64,000 nucleotides of DNA from a bacterium (GCA_011388275.1 DSAB01000070.1:29-64028); one strand, 5' to 3'. Shown: positions 10,312 through 19,722, counted from the stretch's first letter. Program-made: numbers and translations. Notes: generated from the letters alone by a model not told the origin.

Positions 10312-11475
10312 TTATTGCCTGCCTGTGGATTCGGTCAAACGTGTGACGTTGCTGCGCGTAAAAAATCCGTCGAAACCGCCATACCGATGAATGTACTCGT
10401 TCACCAAAAGAGTGTGAGGAGATGGCTGAGTGAAAGTTTGTTTCAGGCCTTCTTCGGGAGAACCCACCAGTTCAATGAGAAATTCCATCCCCCGGCTCTT
10501 AAGCGCGTCGAAAGTGGATTCTATTCGGCGGGTGTCAAAAGCCAGGTGATGCACGCGGGTTCCGTAATGATGAATAAATTTTTCCGTGGGTCCCGATTCT
10601 TCCTCGCTGATGTAGGGAGAGATACCGGAAGTAAAGACCATGGCGAAATCTTTGTCCGACAGCCTCGTGACATGCGTGATGGAGTTGAACAGTTTCACGT
10701 AAATGGCGAAATCGAAATGATAATTGGTCAGTTCCATGAATTCGACGATGGTCTGGTCGCGGTCTTCGGCACGAACCCTCAGTGCGGCATGATCCAGCCG
10801 TCCGATATTGTGCAGATGCGGCCAGTCCGGCTTGTCGAGAATCGTCCGGCTGTTCCCGCTGAAAGAATAAACACCCGGCGTTTCTTTCCATTGAATCATT
10901 CCGATGGAAGTGCCCGTGGTGACGAGTGGCACGGTCTGGATGAAACGGAAAGTGCCCATGTCCTGTATTCCGGTCATGAAGTCCACACCGCGGTCTTTCT
11001 GTATCCTGACATAGGATGCCAGATCATGACATCGAAAGACCAGGATTTCAAGACGTGTATTCGGCAGGTGTTTCGATTTGGGAAAGAGGTTGTACTTTCT
11101 AAAGGGATTGTCTGCCGCGAGCCGTGAGCGGAACCAGAAATCCGCCGATCCGTCGCACTGAAGCACCGATGTGTGGTTTCCGTCATGTTCGAAAATTCCT
11201 CGATGACGGTATCCGGTTGTGGCGAGCATTTCACGGACCGCATTTTCCTGCTGTTCCGGTTCCGTATTGACGATCACGGCATCCAATCCGCCTGTCAGGC
11301 CTGCGGTTCCCCTTTGCTTCTTCTCCAGAATGACCCGGGAAACCTCTGCTTTAAGGAAGGTATCGCTGTTTGAGTAATCATAGGTGCGGGGAGTGTTCTC
11401 GCCGCATACAGGACACGTTGTTGAGTTTTCAGTATTCATGACTTTCTGACATTTCGGGCAAATCAGTTGGATCAT
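10312..11475 (-). CDS. VOC-superfamily (glyoxalase / 4-hydroxyphenylpyruvate-dioxygenase-like) protein with an N-terminal zinc ribbon.
   Basis: N-terminal CPKCQKV...CPVCGE ribbon. Two glyoxalase-like halves with His/Glu-containing motifs (HHLAFDT, FLIELV). The start was chosen at the ATG with AGGAGA 9 nt upstream; the ORF extends in frame to 11520. Confidence 0.4.
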   Translation of the reverse strand: MIQLICPKCQKVMNTENSTTCPVCGENTPRTYDYSNSDTFLKAEVSRVILEKKQRGTAGLTGGLDAVIVNTEPEQQENAVREMLATTGYRHRGIFEHDGNHTSVLQCDGSADFWFRSRLAADNPFRKYNLFPKSKHLPNTRLEILVFRCHDLASYVRIQKDRGVDFMTGIQDMGTFRFIQTVPLVTTGTSIGMIQWKETPGVYSFSGNSRTILDKPDWPHLHNIGRLDHAALRVRAEDRDQTIVEFMELTNYHFDFAIYVKLFNSITHVTRLSDKDFAMVFTSGISPYISEEESGPTEKFIHHYGTRVHHLAFDTRRIESTFDALKSRGMEFLIELVGSPEEGLKQTFTQPSPHTLLVNEYIHRYGGFDGFFTRSNVTRLTESTGRQ

Positions 11476-11545
11476 AACGGGTTGCTCTCCTGCACACCGC
11501 ATTTTTTCGTGCAAACACATTCCGATTTCGGTTCCGGGACCCCTT

Positions 11546-12634
11546 CTAACGGTAGCCTGCCTGATGAAGCTCCTTGACTGTGTTGATCGGACGCGGCGGA
11601 TTCAGGTACTTGGCCAGAAAACGATAAATCTTGACCCGTATCTCCTTGGCCATGAAGGTATCCAGGCGGTCAAAGCTGTGTCCGCCCGGCGCATCCTGAA
11701 AAATCTGATATTCGAATTTTTTGTCGGCTGCTTTCAATGACTTGATCAGATGCTCCACTTCCAGCACATTCACGTCTTCGTCGTTGGTATTGGTGTGGAT
11801 GAGCAGCGGTGTCTGCAGTTTCTCCGCGTGCCAGGCGGGCGACCGGCGCCTGTATTCATTGACATCTTCGGCGGCTGTTTTCCCGATGTGATAGCGTGCC
11901 GAATAAAGATCCCGGTATCCCTGCGTCATATATCCCATTCGCGCGATGAGATCGCTGACCGGGACTCCGGCGAAGGCGACTTTAAAATCTTTCGGATACT
12001 GAAAGATGTTCATCAGTGTGATCAGGCCTCCGTGGCTCCAGCCGAGAATGCCCACCCGGTTTTCATCCACGAAATCATAGTTCTTGAGCATGTATTCGCG
12101 GCCCGCGTACACGTCATCCACTTCGAGACCTCCGTAATCGATGAGCCGGTACATGCCGGATCCGTAGCCTGTGCTGCCGCGATATTCCGAGGCGATGATG
12201 ACATAACCCTGAGCGATCAGTTCGCGGACAATATGGGTGTAATAGGTTGTGAAATTGGCATGCACGCCCCCATGGGGGAAAAGCAGAAGAGGAGCTTTCC
12301 TGTTTCGGTCCAGATTTTTGGGGATAAAAATATAGGAGTAGAATTTAACCGGATTTTTCGCTCCTTTGCCCGTGGGGTTGGGTACATAATGGGGAGGCGG
12401 TCCGACATGCCGGACTTTGTCCACAAATGCCACGTCGCCGATCTTATGATACCAGAGGACATCATCGATCCCTTTTTCCAGGACATCGAGAGTGTGTCGC
12501 AGGTATTCGAACCTCTGCTCCAGCGCCTCGATCTTTTTTTCGAGGTTTTCAACAGAGATTTGTGATCTCAACGGAGCCGTGACGGCCAGACACAGAATGA
12601 ACAGAATTTGAATGGAATTATGAACTCGGCCCAT
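11546..12634 (-). CDS. Secreted alpha/beta-hydrolase (S9 prolyl-oligopeptidase / dienelactone-hydrolase-like).
   Basis: Signal peptide MGRVHNSIQILFILCLAVTAPLRSQ. Nucleophile elbow GWSHGG. Catalytic His region (GGHSF) near the C-terminus. Confidence 0.6.
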   Translation of the reverse strand: MGRVHNSIQILFILCLAVTAPLRSQISVENLEKKIEALEQRFEYLRHTLDVLEKGIDDVLWYHKIGDVAFVDKVRHVGPPPHYVPNPTGKGAKNPVKFYSYIFIPKNLDRNRKAPLLLFPHGGVHANFTTYYTHIVRELIAQGYVIIASEYRGSTGYGSGMYRLIDYGGLEVDDVYAGREYMLKNYDFVDENRVGILGWSHGGLITLMNIFQYPKDFKVAFAGVPVSDLIARMGYMTQGYRDLYSARYHIGKTAAEDVNEYRRRSPAWHAEKLQTPLLIHTNTNDEDVNVLEVEHLIKSLKAADKKFEYQIFQDAPGGHSFDRLDTFMAKEIRVKIYRFLAKYLNPPRPINTVKELHQAGYR

Positions 12635-12946
12635 AAAAACCTCCTTTTCGCGATAAACAGGAAAATTGAATCAGTGATTAAGTAAATGATACAACTCTTT
12701 ATTCTTTAAATCAAGGCATTTCGAAAAAAGATTTCATTTCGGTCTGACCGTTTTTCTCGGGCCGGCTCAATGCTGCAGATCAAAAATTGACTTGACATTT
12801 AACCGGGGTTTTAATAATTTGACTTTGTCATCTCATCGATAAAAAGCATTTTTGATGAGAAGAGGACAGCCGAACGCAAAAGAGGCTGGCCGCATTCCGG
12901 ACCGGTCCGACCTGTTCGGGTTTTTTTTAGAAACATTCAGGATGTC

Positions 12947-14428
12947 ATGAGACGGCGGAAAAGCATGCGGAGATTTGTCACGGCAATGATCGTATACGGA
13001 TGGATGCTGGCTTCGAACGGGGGAGCGCAGCTCTGGAAAGGATCCCTTTTTCATCCCGGGAATCAAAGAGCCGAAGGCCCGACCAGCAATGCGATCAATG
13101 CCATACTGGCGGCGGACGGGGTCTGGATCGGAACCGGAAAGGAATTGCTTCACACAACCGACGGCGGAGCAACGTGGCGCCGGTTTACCTCTCAGAACGG
13201 ATTGGGAAGGGGCGCTGTATCGGCCATCGCCGGGCGAAACGGAACGGTGTGGGTGGCCACGGCTGTAGACAGCATGACCCCGTCGGGTGTTTTTCCCGCC
13301 GGGACCGGTCTGAGCCGCACAACAGACGGGGGACTGACCTGGCAATGGGTGCCGCAGCCTGTGGATGATCCGCAGGAAACCCGCTACAAGCCCACGACAA
13401 CGGTGATTCAGAATTTAACCTATGACATCGCCGTCACGGAAGAGGCGGTCTGGATCGCCAGCTGGGGAGGAGGACTTCGCCGGTCAGCCGACGGAGCCGA
13501 CTGGGAGGTGGTAACCGTGGACGGCCAGCTGTTTGACGCCCTGGGCTTTCTGACCCATGTCGTCTTTTCCGTGTATTTCGATGGAGAAGCTCTTTGGGTC
13601 GGTTCCGCCGGAGGAATTCACAGAACCACGGATGAAGGAGAAACCTGGGCCACTTTCAGCCATCAAAATCAGGAAGAACCGATTTCCGGCAACTTTGTAG
13701 TGGCCATTGCTCATCAGGAGCTCGATCAGGGAAAGCGGATATGGGCCTCCACCGTGGAGGCCGTTGATACATCGGAAACCCGGGCGCTGTCATACTCCGA
13801 CAACAACGGTCAAAGCTGGTCGGTCACTCTGCAGGGTGAATTCGTGCATAATATGGCTTTCCATTCAGGGGGCACCGTGTATGCCGTGTCGGGCAATGGA
13901 TTGTTCGCCTCGCAGGACGCTTTCGAATGGACGCGGTTTCCTCAAATATACGATACACAAACGGGTGAAGGACTGTATACCACGAATATGTACAGTGTGG
14001 GCGTTGAAACGCCTTACCGCATTTATCTGGGTTCAAATGACGGATTGGCCGTTTCACCCGACGGCGGTGTAACCTGGACCGTTCATCGGGCTTTTGCCGT
14101 CCCCGGAGAAGGGGGCAATCCGGATACTTATGCGTATCCCAATCCCTTTTCTCCCATGCAGCACAATCGGGTGGGAGGCGACGGATATGTCCGGTTTCAG
14201 TACCGTATTACACGCGCCTCATCCGTGTCGGTTCACATATACGATTTTTCGATGCGGCTGGTACGGACTGCCGTGAAAGACCGGCAGCGGACGGCTCCCG
14301 GTTCCTATTCCGAAGTCTGGGACGGCCGAAATGATGTCGGGGAACCCGTGGCGAACGGCGTCTATTTTTACCGGATTCGCCTGTCTGAAGGCAAAACCCT
14401 TTGGGGGAAAGTGATGGTGGTCAATTGA
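12947..14428 (+). CDS. Secreted beta-propeller protein (BNR/Ycf48-like repeats) with a C-terminal T9SS type-A sorting domain.
   Basis: Signal peptide. Repeated TTDGGATW, TTDGGLTW, TTDEGETW, SDNNGQSW and SPDGGVTW blades. The C-terminal ~90 aa (YPNPFSP...VHIYDFSMRLVRT...VWDGRNDVGEPVANGVYFYRIRL...KVMVVN) matches the Por_Secre_tail/CTD consensus. Confidence 0.7.
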   Translation: MRRRKSMRRFVTAMIVYGWMLASNGGAQLWKGSLFHPGNQRAEGPTSNAINAILAADGVWIGTGKELLHTTDGGATWRRFTSQNGLGRGAVSAIAGRNGTVWVATAVDSMTPSGVFPAGTGLSRTTDGGLTWQWVPQPVDDPQETRYKPTTTVIQNLTYDIAVTEEAVWIASWGGGLRRSADGADWEVVTVDGQLFDALGFLTHVVFSVYFDGEALWVGSAGGIHRTTDEGETWATFSHQNQEEPISGNFVVAIAHQELDQGKRIWASTVEAVDTSETRALSYSDNNGQSWSVTLQGEFVHNMAFHSGGTVYAVSGNGLFASQDAFEWTRFPQIYDTQTGEGLYTTNMYSVGVETPYRIYLGSNDGLAVSPDGGVTWTVHRAFAVPGEGGNPDTYAYPNPFSPMQHNRVGGDGYVRFQYRITRASSVSVHIYDFSMRLVRTAVKDRQRTAPGSYSEVWDGRNDVGEPVANGVYFYRIRLSEGKTLWGKVMVVN

Positions 14429-15405
14429 TGCGTTTCAAACCGATGCGGATAGTCAGGTTCTGCGTGTTCCTGCTTTGTTTCTCGGGGTTTGCGGAGCCTT
14501 CACGGGCCGAAACCGGACGGGCCGGTGACGCAGGCGGTTACCTTCGAATGGGGCTCGGAGCCCGTTCACTGGCCATGGGGGGCGGCTCTGTCAGCCGCTG
14601 GGACGACGCCGCGGCAGCCTATTATAACCCGGCCGGACTGGTTTTTCTGAAATCCCGTTCCTTTTCCGGCACTGTCAGCGCCATGGCTCTCGATCGGCGG
14701 CTCTTTCATGTCGGATACGCTCAGAGCCTGGGAAGCGATACAACCCTGCCGGTTCAGGGAGGATTCGGTGCAGGCTGGCTCTGCGCCGGAGTGGATCATA
14801 TCGATGCCCGGGATTTCAGCGGAAATGACATCGGCACTCTTTCGGCCTGGGAACATGCTTTCTTTTTCTCTTTTGCACTCAAACCGGCTTCTTTTATCAG
14901 CGCGGGGATCAATGCCAAGGTGCTGTACTACCGTCTTCCGGAAATCACGAGTGACGGCGGGGCTGTTACGGCCACGGGGCTGGGATTCGATGCGGGCATT
15001 GCCTTGTATCCCTCATCCTTTTTACAGGCGGGCCTGGTTGTCCGCGATCTTCGATCCGCCTATCATTGGGACACGCAAAACCTGTGGGAGAGAGGCGCTC
15101 AAACCAATGATGAATTCCCGCTTCTGATTCAATTCGGCGTTTCCGCGGAGCCTCTTGATAACTGGCTGATAACACTGGATATACAGAAGATTGAAGGACT
15201 GCCGCTGACGGTTTCAGCCGGTGCGGAATGGCAGATCATGGATTCGGCCTTTCTCAGGGGCGGTTGGTTTCGTGACCGTATCACGCTGGGAGGCGGGCTT
15301 CGGCTTTTCCTGGGAAAGTATGCCGCGCGGATCGATTACGCATTTGTTTCCGATCCGGTCGCTCCGTCACCCGACCATGTTTTTACCTGGAATGTTTTCT
15401 TTTAA
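14428..15405 (+). CDS. PorV/PorQ-family (FadL-like) outer-membrane beta-barrel protein.
   Basis: Signal peptide, then the family's N-terminal signature LRMGLGARSLAMGGGSVSRWDDAAAAYYNPAGL. The 334-aa ORF has alternating amphipathic strands. The start overlaps the preceding stop (TGATG). Confidence 0.5.
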   Translation: MRFKPMRIVRFCVFLLCFSGFAEPSRAETGRAGDAGGYLRMGLGARSLAMGGGSVSRWDDAAAAYYNPAGLVFLKSRSFSGTVSAMALDRRLFHVGYAQSLGSDTTLPVQGGFGAGWLCAGVDHIDARDFSGNDIGTLSAWEHAFFFSFALKPASFISAGINAKVLYYRLPEITSDGGAVTATGLGFDAGIALYPSSFLQAGLVVRDLRSAYHWDTQNLWERGAQTNDEFPLLIQFGVSAEPLDNWLITLDIQKIEGLPLTVSAGAEWQIMDSAFLRGGWFRDRITLGGGLRLFLGKYAARIDYAFVSDPVAPSPDHVFTWNVFF

Positions 15406-15424
15406 CAGGCAAAAGGCGGAATCG

Positions 15425-16312
15425 ATGAAGCGGGTCTCACCGGTTATAGTCGCAGCAGCCATGATTCTCGCGGGATCACTCCGGGGAGCCGGATTCGCGA
15501 CTCTGAAGTGGGCCGGTGGAGCCCGGGCCGCCGGAATGGGGATGGCGTTCACGGCCCGGGCCGATGACGGAACCGCATCGTTCTGGAATCCCGCAGGCCT
15601 GGACAGGCTCGACGGAGTGCGCGCAGTGATCTCCCTGCATCGCTGGTTTTCCGATGTGCAGAGTGAATTTTTCAGTATCGGCTGGAGCCGCAAGCGGCAC
15701 GGATTCGGCGCACATGTTCTGTATACCCGTGTCGGCGATATCGAGCTTCGGGAAACCGCGACACTCGAACCGCTGGCTGTTTTCAGCGCGTATGAGCTGG
15801 CAATCGGTTTTTCTTACAGTCTGCGCGTCTCTTCTGCGCTTTCCTTCGGTCTGACCGTTAAAACCCTGTATGAAAAGATCGATGTGGATGATGTCTGGGG
15901 GCTTGCCGCAGATGCGGGTCTGCTGTGGGTATGGGGAACCGACGGTCTTCGGCTGGGCTGGGTTCTGCAAAACATGGGGCGTACCGGCCGGTTCAACCGG
16001 GAACGAATCGAACTGCCGCTGATTTCCCGGCTGGGCGCCGCCATTCCGTTTCGTGCAATCGGCGCGCAATGGCTGGCTGCCGTGGAAGGGGTGGCGGAAA
16101 AAGACGCTCCCTTTCATGTACACGCCGGTTTTGAAGTATTTTGGGATTCCGGTTTAATACTTCGCTGCGGATACCAAACCGGGTATCAAACCCGGAATGT
16201 GTCGGGCGGAATCGGCTTTCGCTGGAGCAGGTACCGGCTGGATTACAATTATACACCCACACGCTGGGGACTGGGTGATTCTCATCAAATGGGTATGGAA
16301 TTTGTCTTGTAG
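15425..16312 (+). CDS. PorV/PorQ-family outer-membrane beta-barrel protein, tandem paralog of the gene at 14428.
   Basis: Signal peptide MKRVSPVIVAAAMILAGSLRG, then LKWAGGARAAGMGMAFTARADDGTASFWNPAGL, the same motif as the upstream paralog. RBS AAAGGCGGA before the ATG at 15425. Confidence 0.5.
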   Translation: MKRVSPVIVAAAMILAGSLRGAGFATLKWAGGARAAGMGMAFTARADDGTASFWNPAGLDRLDGVRAVISLHRWFSDVQSEFFSIGWSRKRHGFGAHVLYTRVGDIELRETATLEPLAVFSAYELAIGFSYSLRVSSALSFGLTVKTLYEKIDVDDVWGLAADAGLLWVWGTDGLRLGWVLQNMGRTGRFNRERIELPLISRLGAAIPFRAIGAQWLAAVEGVAEKDAPFHVHAGFEVFWDSGLILRCGYQTGYQTRNVSGGIGFRWSRYRLDYNYTPTRWGLGDSHQMGMEFVL

Positions 16313-16336
16313 TCAGATTAACAGGGGAGACAATCA

Positions 16337-17458
16337 ATGGCTAAACACAGAATCGCTGTTTTACCCGGAGACGGTGTCGGCAACGAGGTAATGGAAGCGG
16401 CACGGATGGTACTCGATAAACTTCAGCTGGATGCGGAGTATGTCTATGGAGATATCGGCTGGGAGTTTTGGTGCAAAGAGGGTGATCCGCTCCCGCAGCG
16501 GACACTCGACATGCTCAGGAATACGGACTGCTGCCTTTTTGGAGCCATTACGTCCAAACCCAAGGAAGAGGCGGACAAGGAACTCGATTCCTCGCTGAAA
16601 GGCCTTGGACGGGTCTATTTCAGCCCCATTGTCCGGCTTCGGCAGGAGTTTGATTTAAGAACCAATCTTCGCCCCTGCAGGGCCTATAAGGGCAATCCGC
16701 TGAATTACAAGGATGATATCGATCTGGTGGTTTTTAGGGAAAATACGGAAGGATTGTATGCCGGCATCGAATTTCATCCCGTACCCGGAGAACTGATGGA
16801 TACCCTGAAAAGGCTTCATCCCAAAACAAAAAAGTTCGACGGAACGGATGTCGGGGATATAGCCCTTTCGTGCCGGTTTTTTACTCGTCAGGCCTGTCGG
16901 AATATTGTCCGTGATGCGTTCGAATATGCGAAAAAATTCGAGTATCCCACTGTTACTGTGGTGGAAAAACCCAATGTGATTCGTGAAACATCGGGGCTGA
17001 TGGTTCGGGAAGCACGCAAGATCGCTCAGGAGTATCCAGGCATCGATCTGTGGGAAACCAATATCGATGCCATGTGCATGTGGCTGATCAAGAATCCGCA
17101 CGATTATGGAGTTCTTGTGTCCAGCAATATGTTTGGAGATATTTTGTCCGATCTGTGCGCCCAATTGGTGGGCGGTCTGGGGTTCGCCTGTTCGGGCAAT
17201 ATCGGCGATGATTACGCCGTTTTCGAACCCACGCATGGATCGGCTCCGAAATACACGGGGCAGTACAAGGTCAACCCGATTGCCATGCTGCTTTCGGTCA
17301 AGCTGATGCTCGACTGGCTGGAAGAGGCGGAATCCGCCGAAAGACTCGAAAAAGCCATTGCCGCGGTTATCGGAGCGGGCAGAGTACGCACCTACGATAT
17401 GGGCGGCGCGCACACAACCCTGCAAATGGCCGGGGCGGTGGGAGACCTTTTAGAATAG
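16337..17458 (+). CDS. Isocitrate/isopropylmalate dehydrogenase family protein (beta-decarboxylating dehydrogenase).
   Basis: N-terminus MAKHRIAVLPGDGVGNEV. Conserved NMFGDILSDLCAQLVGGLGFACSGNIG motif. 373 aa. Confidence 0.7.
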   Translation: MAKHRIAVLPGDGVGNEVMEAARMVLDKLQLDAEYVYGDIGWEFWCKEGDPLPQRTLDMLRNTDCCLFGAITSKPKEEADKELDSSLKGLGRVYFSPIVRLRQEFDLRTNLRPCRAYKGNPLNYKDDIDLVVFRENTEGLYAGIEFHPVPGELMDTLKRLHPKTKKFDGTDVGDIALSCRFFTRQACRNIVRDAFEYAKKFEYPTVTVVEKPNVIRETSGLMVREARKIAQEYPGIDLWETNIDAMCMWLIKNPHDYGVLVSSNMFGDILSDLCAQLVGGLGFACSGNIGDDYAVFEPTHGSAPKYTGQYKVNPIAMLLSVKLMLDWLEEAESAERLEKAIAAVIGAGRVRTYDMGGAHTTLQMAGAVGDLLE

Positions 17459-17484
17459 CCATCATTCACGGCCGGAAAAAAGAG

Positions 17485-17513
17485 TTGACTTTTTATTGAT
17501 TTTTATTTATACT
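17485..17513 (+). promoter_or_regulatory. Near-consensus sigma-70 promoter upstream of the exbB operon.
   Basis: TTGACT (17485-17490), a 17-nt spacer, then TATACT (17508-17513). It is flanked by the inverted repeat GTTGACT...AGTCAAT. A second inverted repeat, TTCTAAAA-N13-TTTTAGAA, lies between the promoter and the RBS GGAGGG. Confidence 0.45.
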
Positions 17514-17595
17514 ATGAAGTCAATTTGGTATTTTGCGATTTGAAGAAGGTTTCTAAAACGTGCCAATACTATTTTAGAATGGAGGGAAAAGCGAG

Positions 17596-18204
17596 ATGGT
17601 AGAATATTTTGTTCAAGGCGGCGGTTTCATGTGGCCGATTCTGATTTGTCTGGTATTGGGAATTGGAATCAGTATTGAACGGTTCATCTCTTTGAACCGT
17701 GCCAGCGTGAATACTCGAAGATTTTTGGCTGATGTCACTTCCGCGCTCGACAAGGGCGGCCCCTCCGCTGCCATCGATGTTTGCCAGAAAAGCCGCGGCC
17801 CTGTTGCTACGATCTTTCATGCCGGTCTCCTGCGTGCCGGCAAGGGAACGGAAAGTGTGGAAAAATCCATTACCAATGCGGGAACCATTGAAATGGCCTT
17901 TTTGGAGAGAGGATTGATCTGGCTGTCCACGTTCATCACCATTGCTCCCATGCTCGGATTTACCGGTACGGTTCAGGGTATGATCGTGGCCTTTGATGAT
18001 ATCAAGCGGGCCAATGACATTTCTCCTTCCATCGTGGCTGAAGGAATCTCCGTGGCTTTGCTGACCACTCTTTTCGGTCTGATCGTGGCCATCATACTGC
18101 AGCTCTTCCACAATTATTTTATTTCGAAAATCGACCGGCTGGTCATCGACATGGAAGAATCATCCGCCGAGCTGGTTGATCATCTCGTGGAAAAGCAGAA
18201 ATAA
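17596..18204 (+). CDS. exbB: MotA/TolQ/ExbB proton-channel protein.
   Basis: 202 aa. Three TM segments. C-terminal conserved region (GLLGTV-like MLGFTGTVQGM; VALLTTLFGLIVAI). Confidence 0.8.
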   Translation: MVEYFVQGGGFMWPILICLVLGIGISIERFISLNRASVNTRRFLADVTSALDKGGPSAAIDVCQKSRGPVATIFHAGLLRAGKGTESVEKSITNAGTIEMAFLERGLIWLSTFITIAPMLGFTGTVQGMIVAFDDIKRANDISPSIVAEGISVALLTTLFGLIVAIILQLFHNYFISKIDRLVIDMEESSAELVDHLVEKQK

Positions 18205-18228
18205 GTCCTGGGAAGGAGGCATTGCGAA

Positions 18229-18630
18229 ATGCTGCTCGACAAACGCAAGGAACGCACTGTTTCAATACCCACGTCGTCCATGGCTGATATCGCTTTTCTG
18301 CTGCTCACCTTTTTTCTGGTGACCACCAGTCTGGATCTGGATAAGGGGTTGGGATTGACACTGCCGCCTCAGGGGCAGGCCAAACCCATTCCGAAACAGA
18401 ATATTGCCAGCATTCTGATCAATGCGGCGGGTGAAGTCATGCTGGATGATGAGCCCATCGAGATTCCCCGGATCAGAGAGGTGATCAGAATGCGGCTCGT
18501 TCAGAACGACAAATTGATTGTATCCATTAAAACGACTCGAAATACCAAGTATCAGGCTTTTATCAGTGTGCTCGATCAGGTTCAAATGGCGGAAGCACCG
18601 CGTATTTCCATCGCCGAACCCGAATTGTAA
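18229..18630 (+). CDS. exbD: ExbD/TolR biopolymer transport protein.
   Basis: 133 aa. N-terminal MADIAFLLLTFFLVT with a single TM. ExbD-like periplasmic domain. Confidence 0.8.
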   Translation: MLLDKRKERTVSIPTSSMADIAFLLLTFFLVTTSLDLDKGLGLTLPPQGQAKPIPKQNIASILINAAGEVMLDDEPIEIPRIREVIRMRLVQNDKLIVSIKTTRNTKYQAFISVLDQVQMAEAPRISIAEPEL

Positions 18631-18657
18631 TTATTAATGACTGGGAGATGATGAAGC

Positions 18658-19065
18658 ATGGAATTCAGGAAAAAATCAAAGGTTAGCAACGAAATCCCGA
18701 CCGCTTCGCTTCCTGATATTGTGTTCATGTTGCTTCTCTTCTTCATGGTCACTACGGTTTTTCGTCAGTATACGGGTCTGCCGGTTGATCTGCCCGTTGC
18801 AAAAAAAATAGAAAAACTGGAAGCCAAGAAGAATGTAACCAATATCTATGCCAATGCCGAAGGCGATATTTCAATCGATGACAAACTGGTGTATGTAAAT
18901 GAAATCGCCAAGATCATGTATCAGAAACGCGTGGAAACCCCAAGGCTTATCGTGTCGTTGAAATGCGACCGGGCGATGAATATGCATATCCTGACGGATA
19001 TTCACATGAAATTGCGGGAAGCAGATGCTCTGAGAGTCAATTATTGTGCCAAATTTGGTGATTGA
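18658..19065 (+). CDS. exbD: ExbD/TolR biopolymer transport protein (second copy).
   Basis: 135 aa. N-terminal LPDIVFMLLLFFMVT TM. ExbD fold. Confidence 0.8.
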   Translation: MEFRKKSKVSNEIPTASLPDIVFMLLLFFMVTTVFRQYTGLPVDLPVAKKIEKLEAKKNVTNIYANAEGDISIDDKLVYVNEIAKIMYQKRVETPRLIVSLKCDRAMNMHILTDIHMKLREADALRVNYCAKFGD

Positions 19066-19083
19066 GAGAGGGGGAGAATAATC

Positions 19084-19722
19084 ATGAGAGAAAATCCGAA
19101 AACCAGTCTCAAACTCCGGTACAAGAAGGTACTGGAGCTGGGGTTGATTATCTCCCTGGTTCTGCATATCTTTTTGATGCAGGGGTTTAAGAAGCTGGAA
19201 CGAAGATCCGTTCAACGGACGGTGTCTCTGGAAGCCCTTCAGGTTGAAGAGATACCCCAGACCGAGCAGGATAAAAGTGCGCCGGCACCGGCCCGGCCGT
19301 CGGTGCCCATCGCTTCGGAAGACGAAGATCTGCCGGAAGATGAAACCATTGAAGAGACATTTTTCGATGAGTTTGCCGAAGCCACTCCTCCGCCCGAGCC
19401 TCCTGTCGATGATTCGGCGCCGGTGTTCGTCCCCCATGACGAGTCGCCGACACCTGTTGGAGGCATGGCCGCGATTCAGTCTATTCTCGAGTATCCTGAA
19501 ATCGCTCTCAGGGCGGGAGTGGAAGGAACGGTTCTGATATACGCCCAGGTTGATGTGGATGGAATCGTAAAGGCAACCCGGGTCGTAAAATCACTCGGCA
19601 ACAACGGTACGAGTGAAGCGGCCGTGAAGGCGATTCGATCCGTGAAGTGGATACCGGCCAAGCAGCGGGACAAACCGGTTCGAGTCTGGGTGGTTGTTCC
19701 CGTTATCTTCAAGCTGAAGTAA
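19084..19722 (+). CDS. tonB: Energy transducer TonB (TM anchor, Pro/Glu-rich linker, TonB C-terminal domain).
   Basis: TM LGLIISLVLHIFL. A proline-rich spacer (PAPARPSVP...PPPEPP). C-terminal domain PVGGMAAIQSILEYPEIALRAGVEGTVLIYAQVDVDGIV. Confidence 0.7.
   Translation: MRENPKTSLKLRYKKVLELGLIISLVLHIFLMQGFKKLERRSVQRTVSLEALQVEEIPQTEQDKSAPAPARPSVPIASEDEDLPEDETIEETFFDEFAEATPPPEPPVDDSAPVFVPHDESPTPVGGMAAIQSILEYPEIALRAGVEGTVLIYAQVDVDGIVKATRVVKSLGNNGTSEAAVKAIRSVKWIPAKQRDKPVRVWVVVPVIFKLK

Noticed and set aside
10258-11127. 289-aa plus-strand ORF antisense to the VOC/HPPD-like gene.
   Set aside because: No recognisable motifs or RBS, and it is wholly embedded in a better-supported gene on the other strand.
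15476-16123. 215-aa minus-strand ORF antisense to the second PorV/PorQ-like gene.
   Set aside because: A compositional artefact; the sense ORF has a signal peptide and the family signature.
16655-17425. 256-aa minus-strand ORF antisense to the isocitrate/isopropylmalate dehydrogenase gene.
   Set aside because: The sense gene has the canonical NxFGDILSD motif. The antisense frame has none.
17491-17512. Possible Fur box overlapping the exbB promoter.
   Set aside because: Only about 10 of 19 positions match GATAATGATAATCATTATC. Reported only as a generic operator-like inverted repeat.
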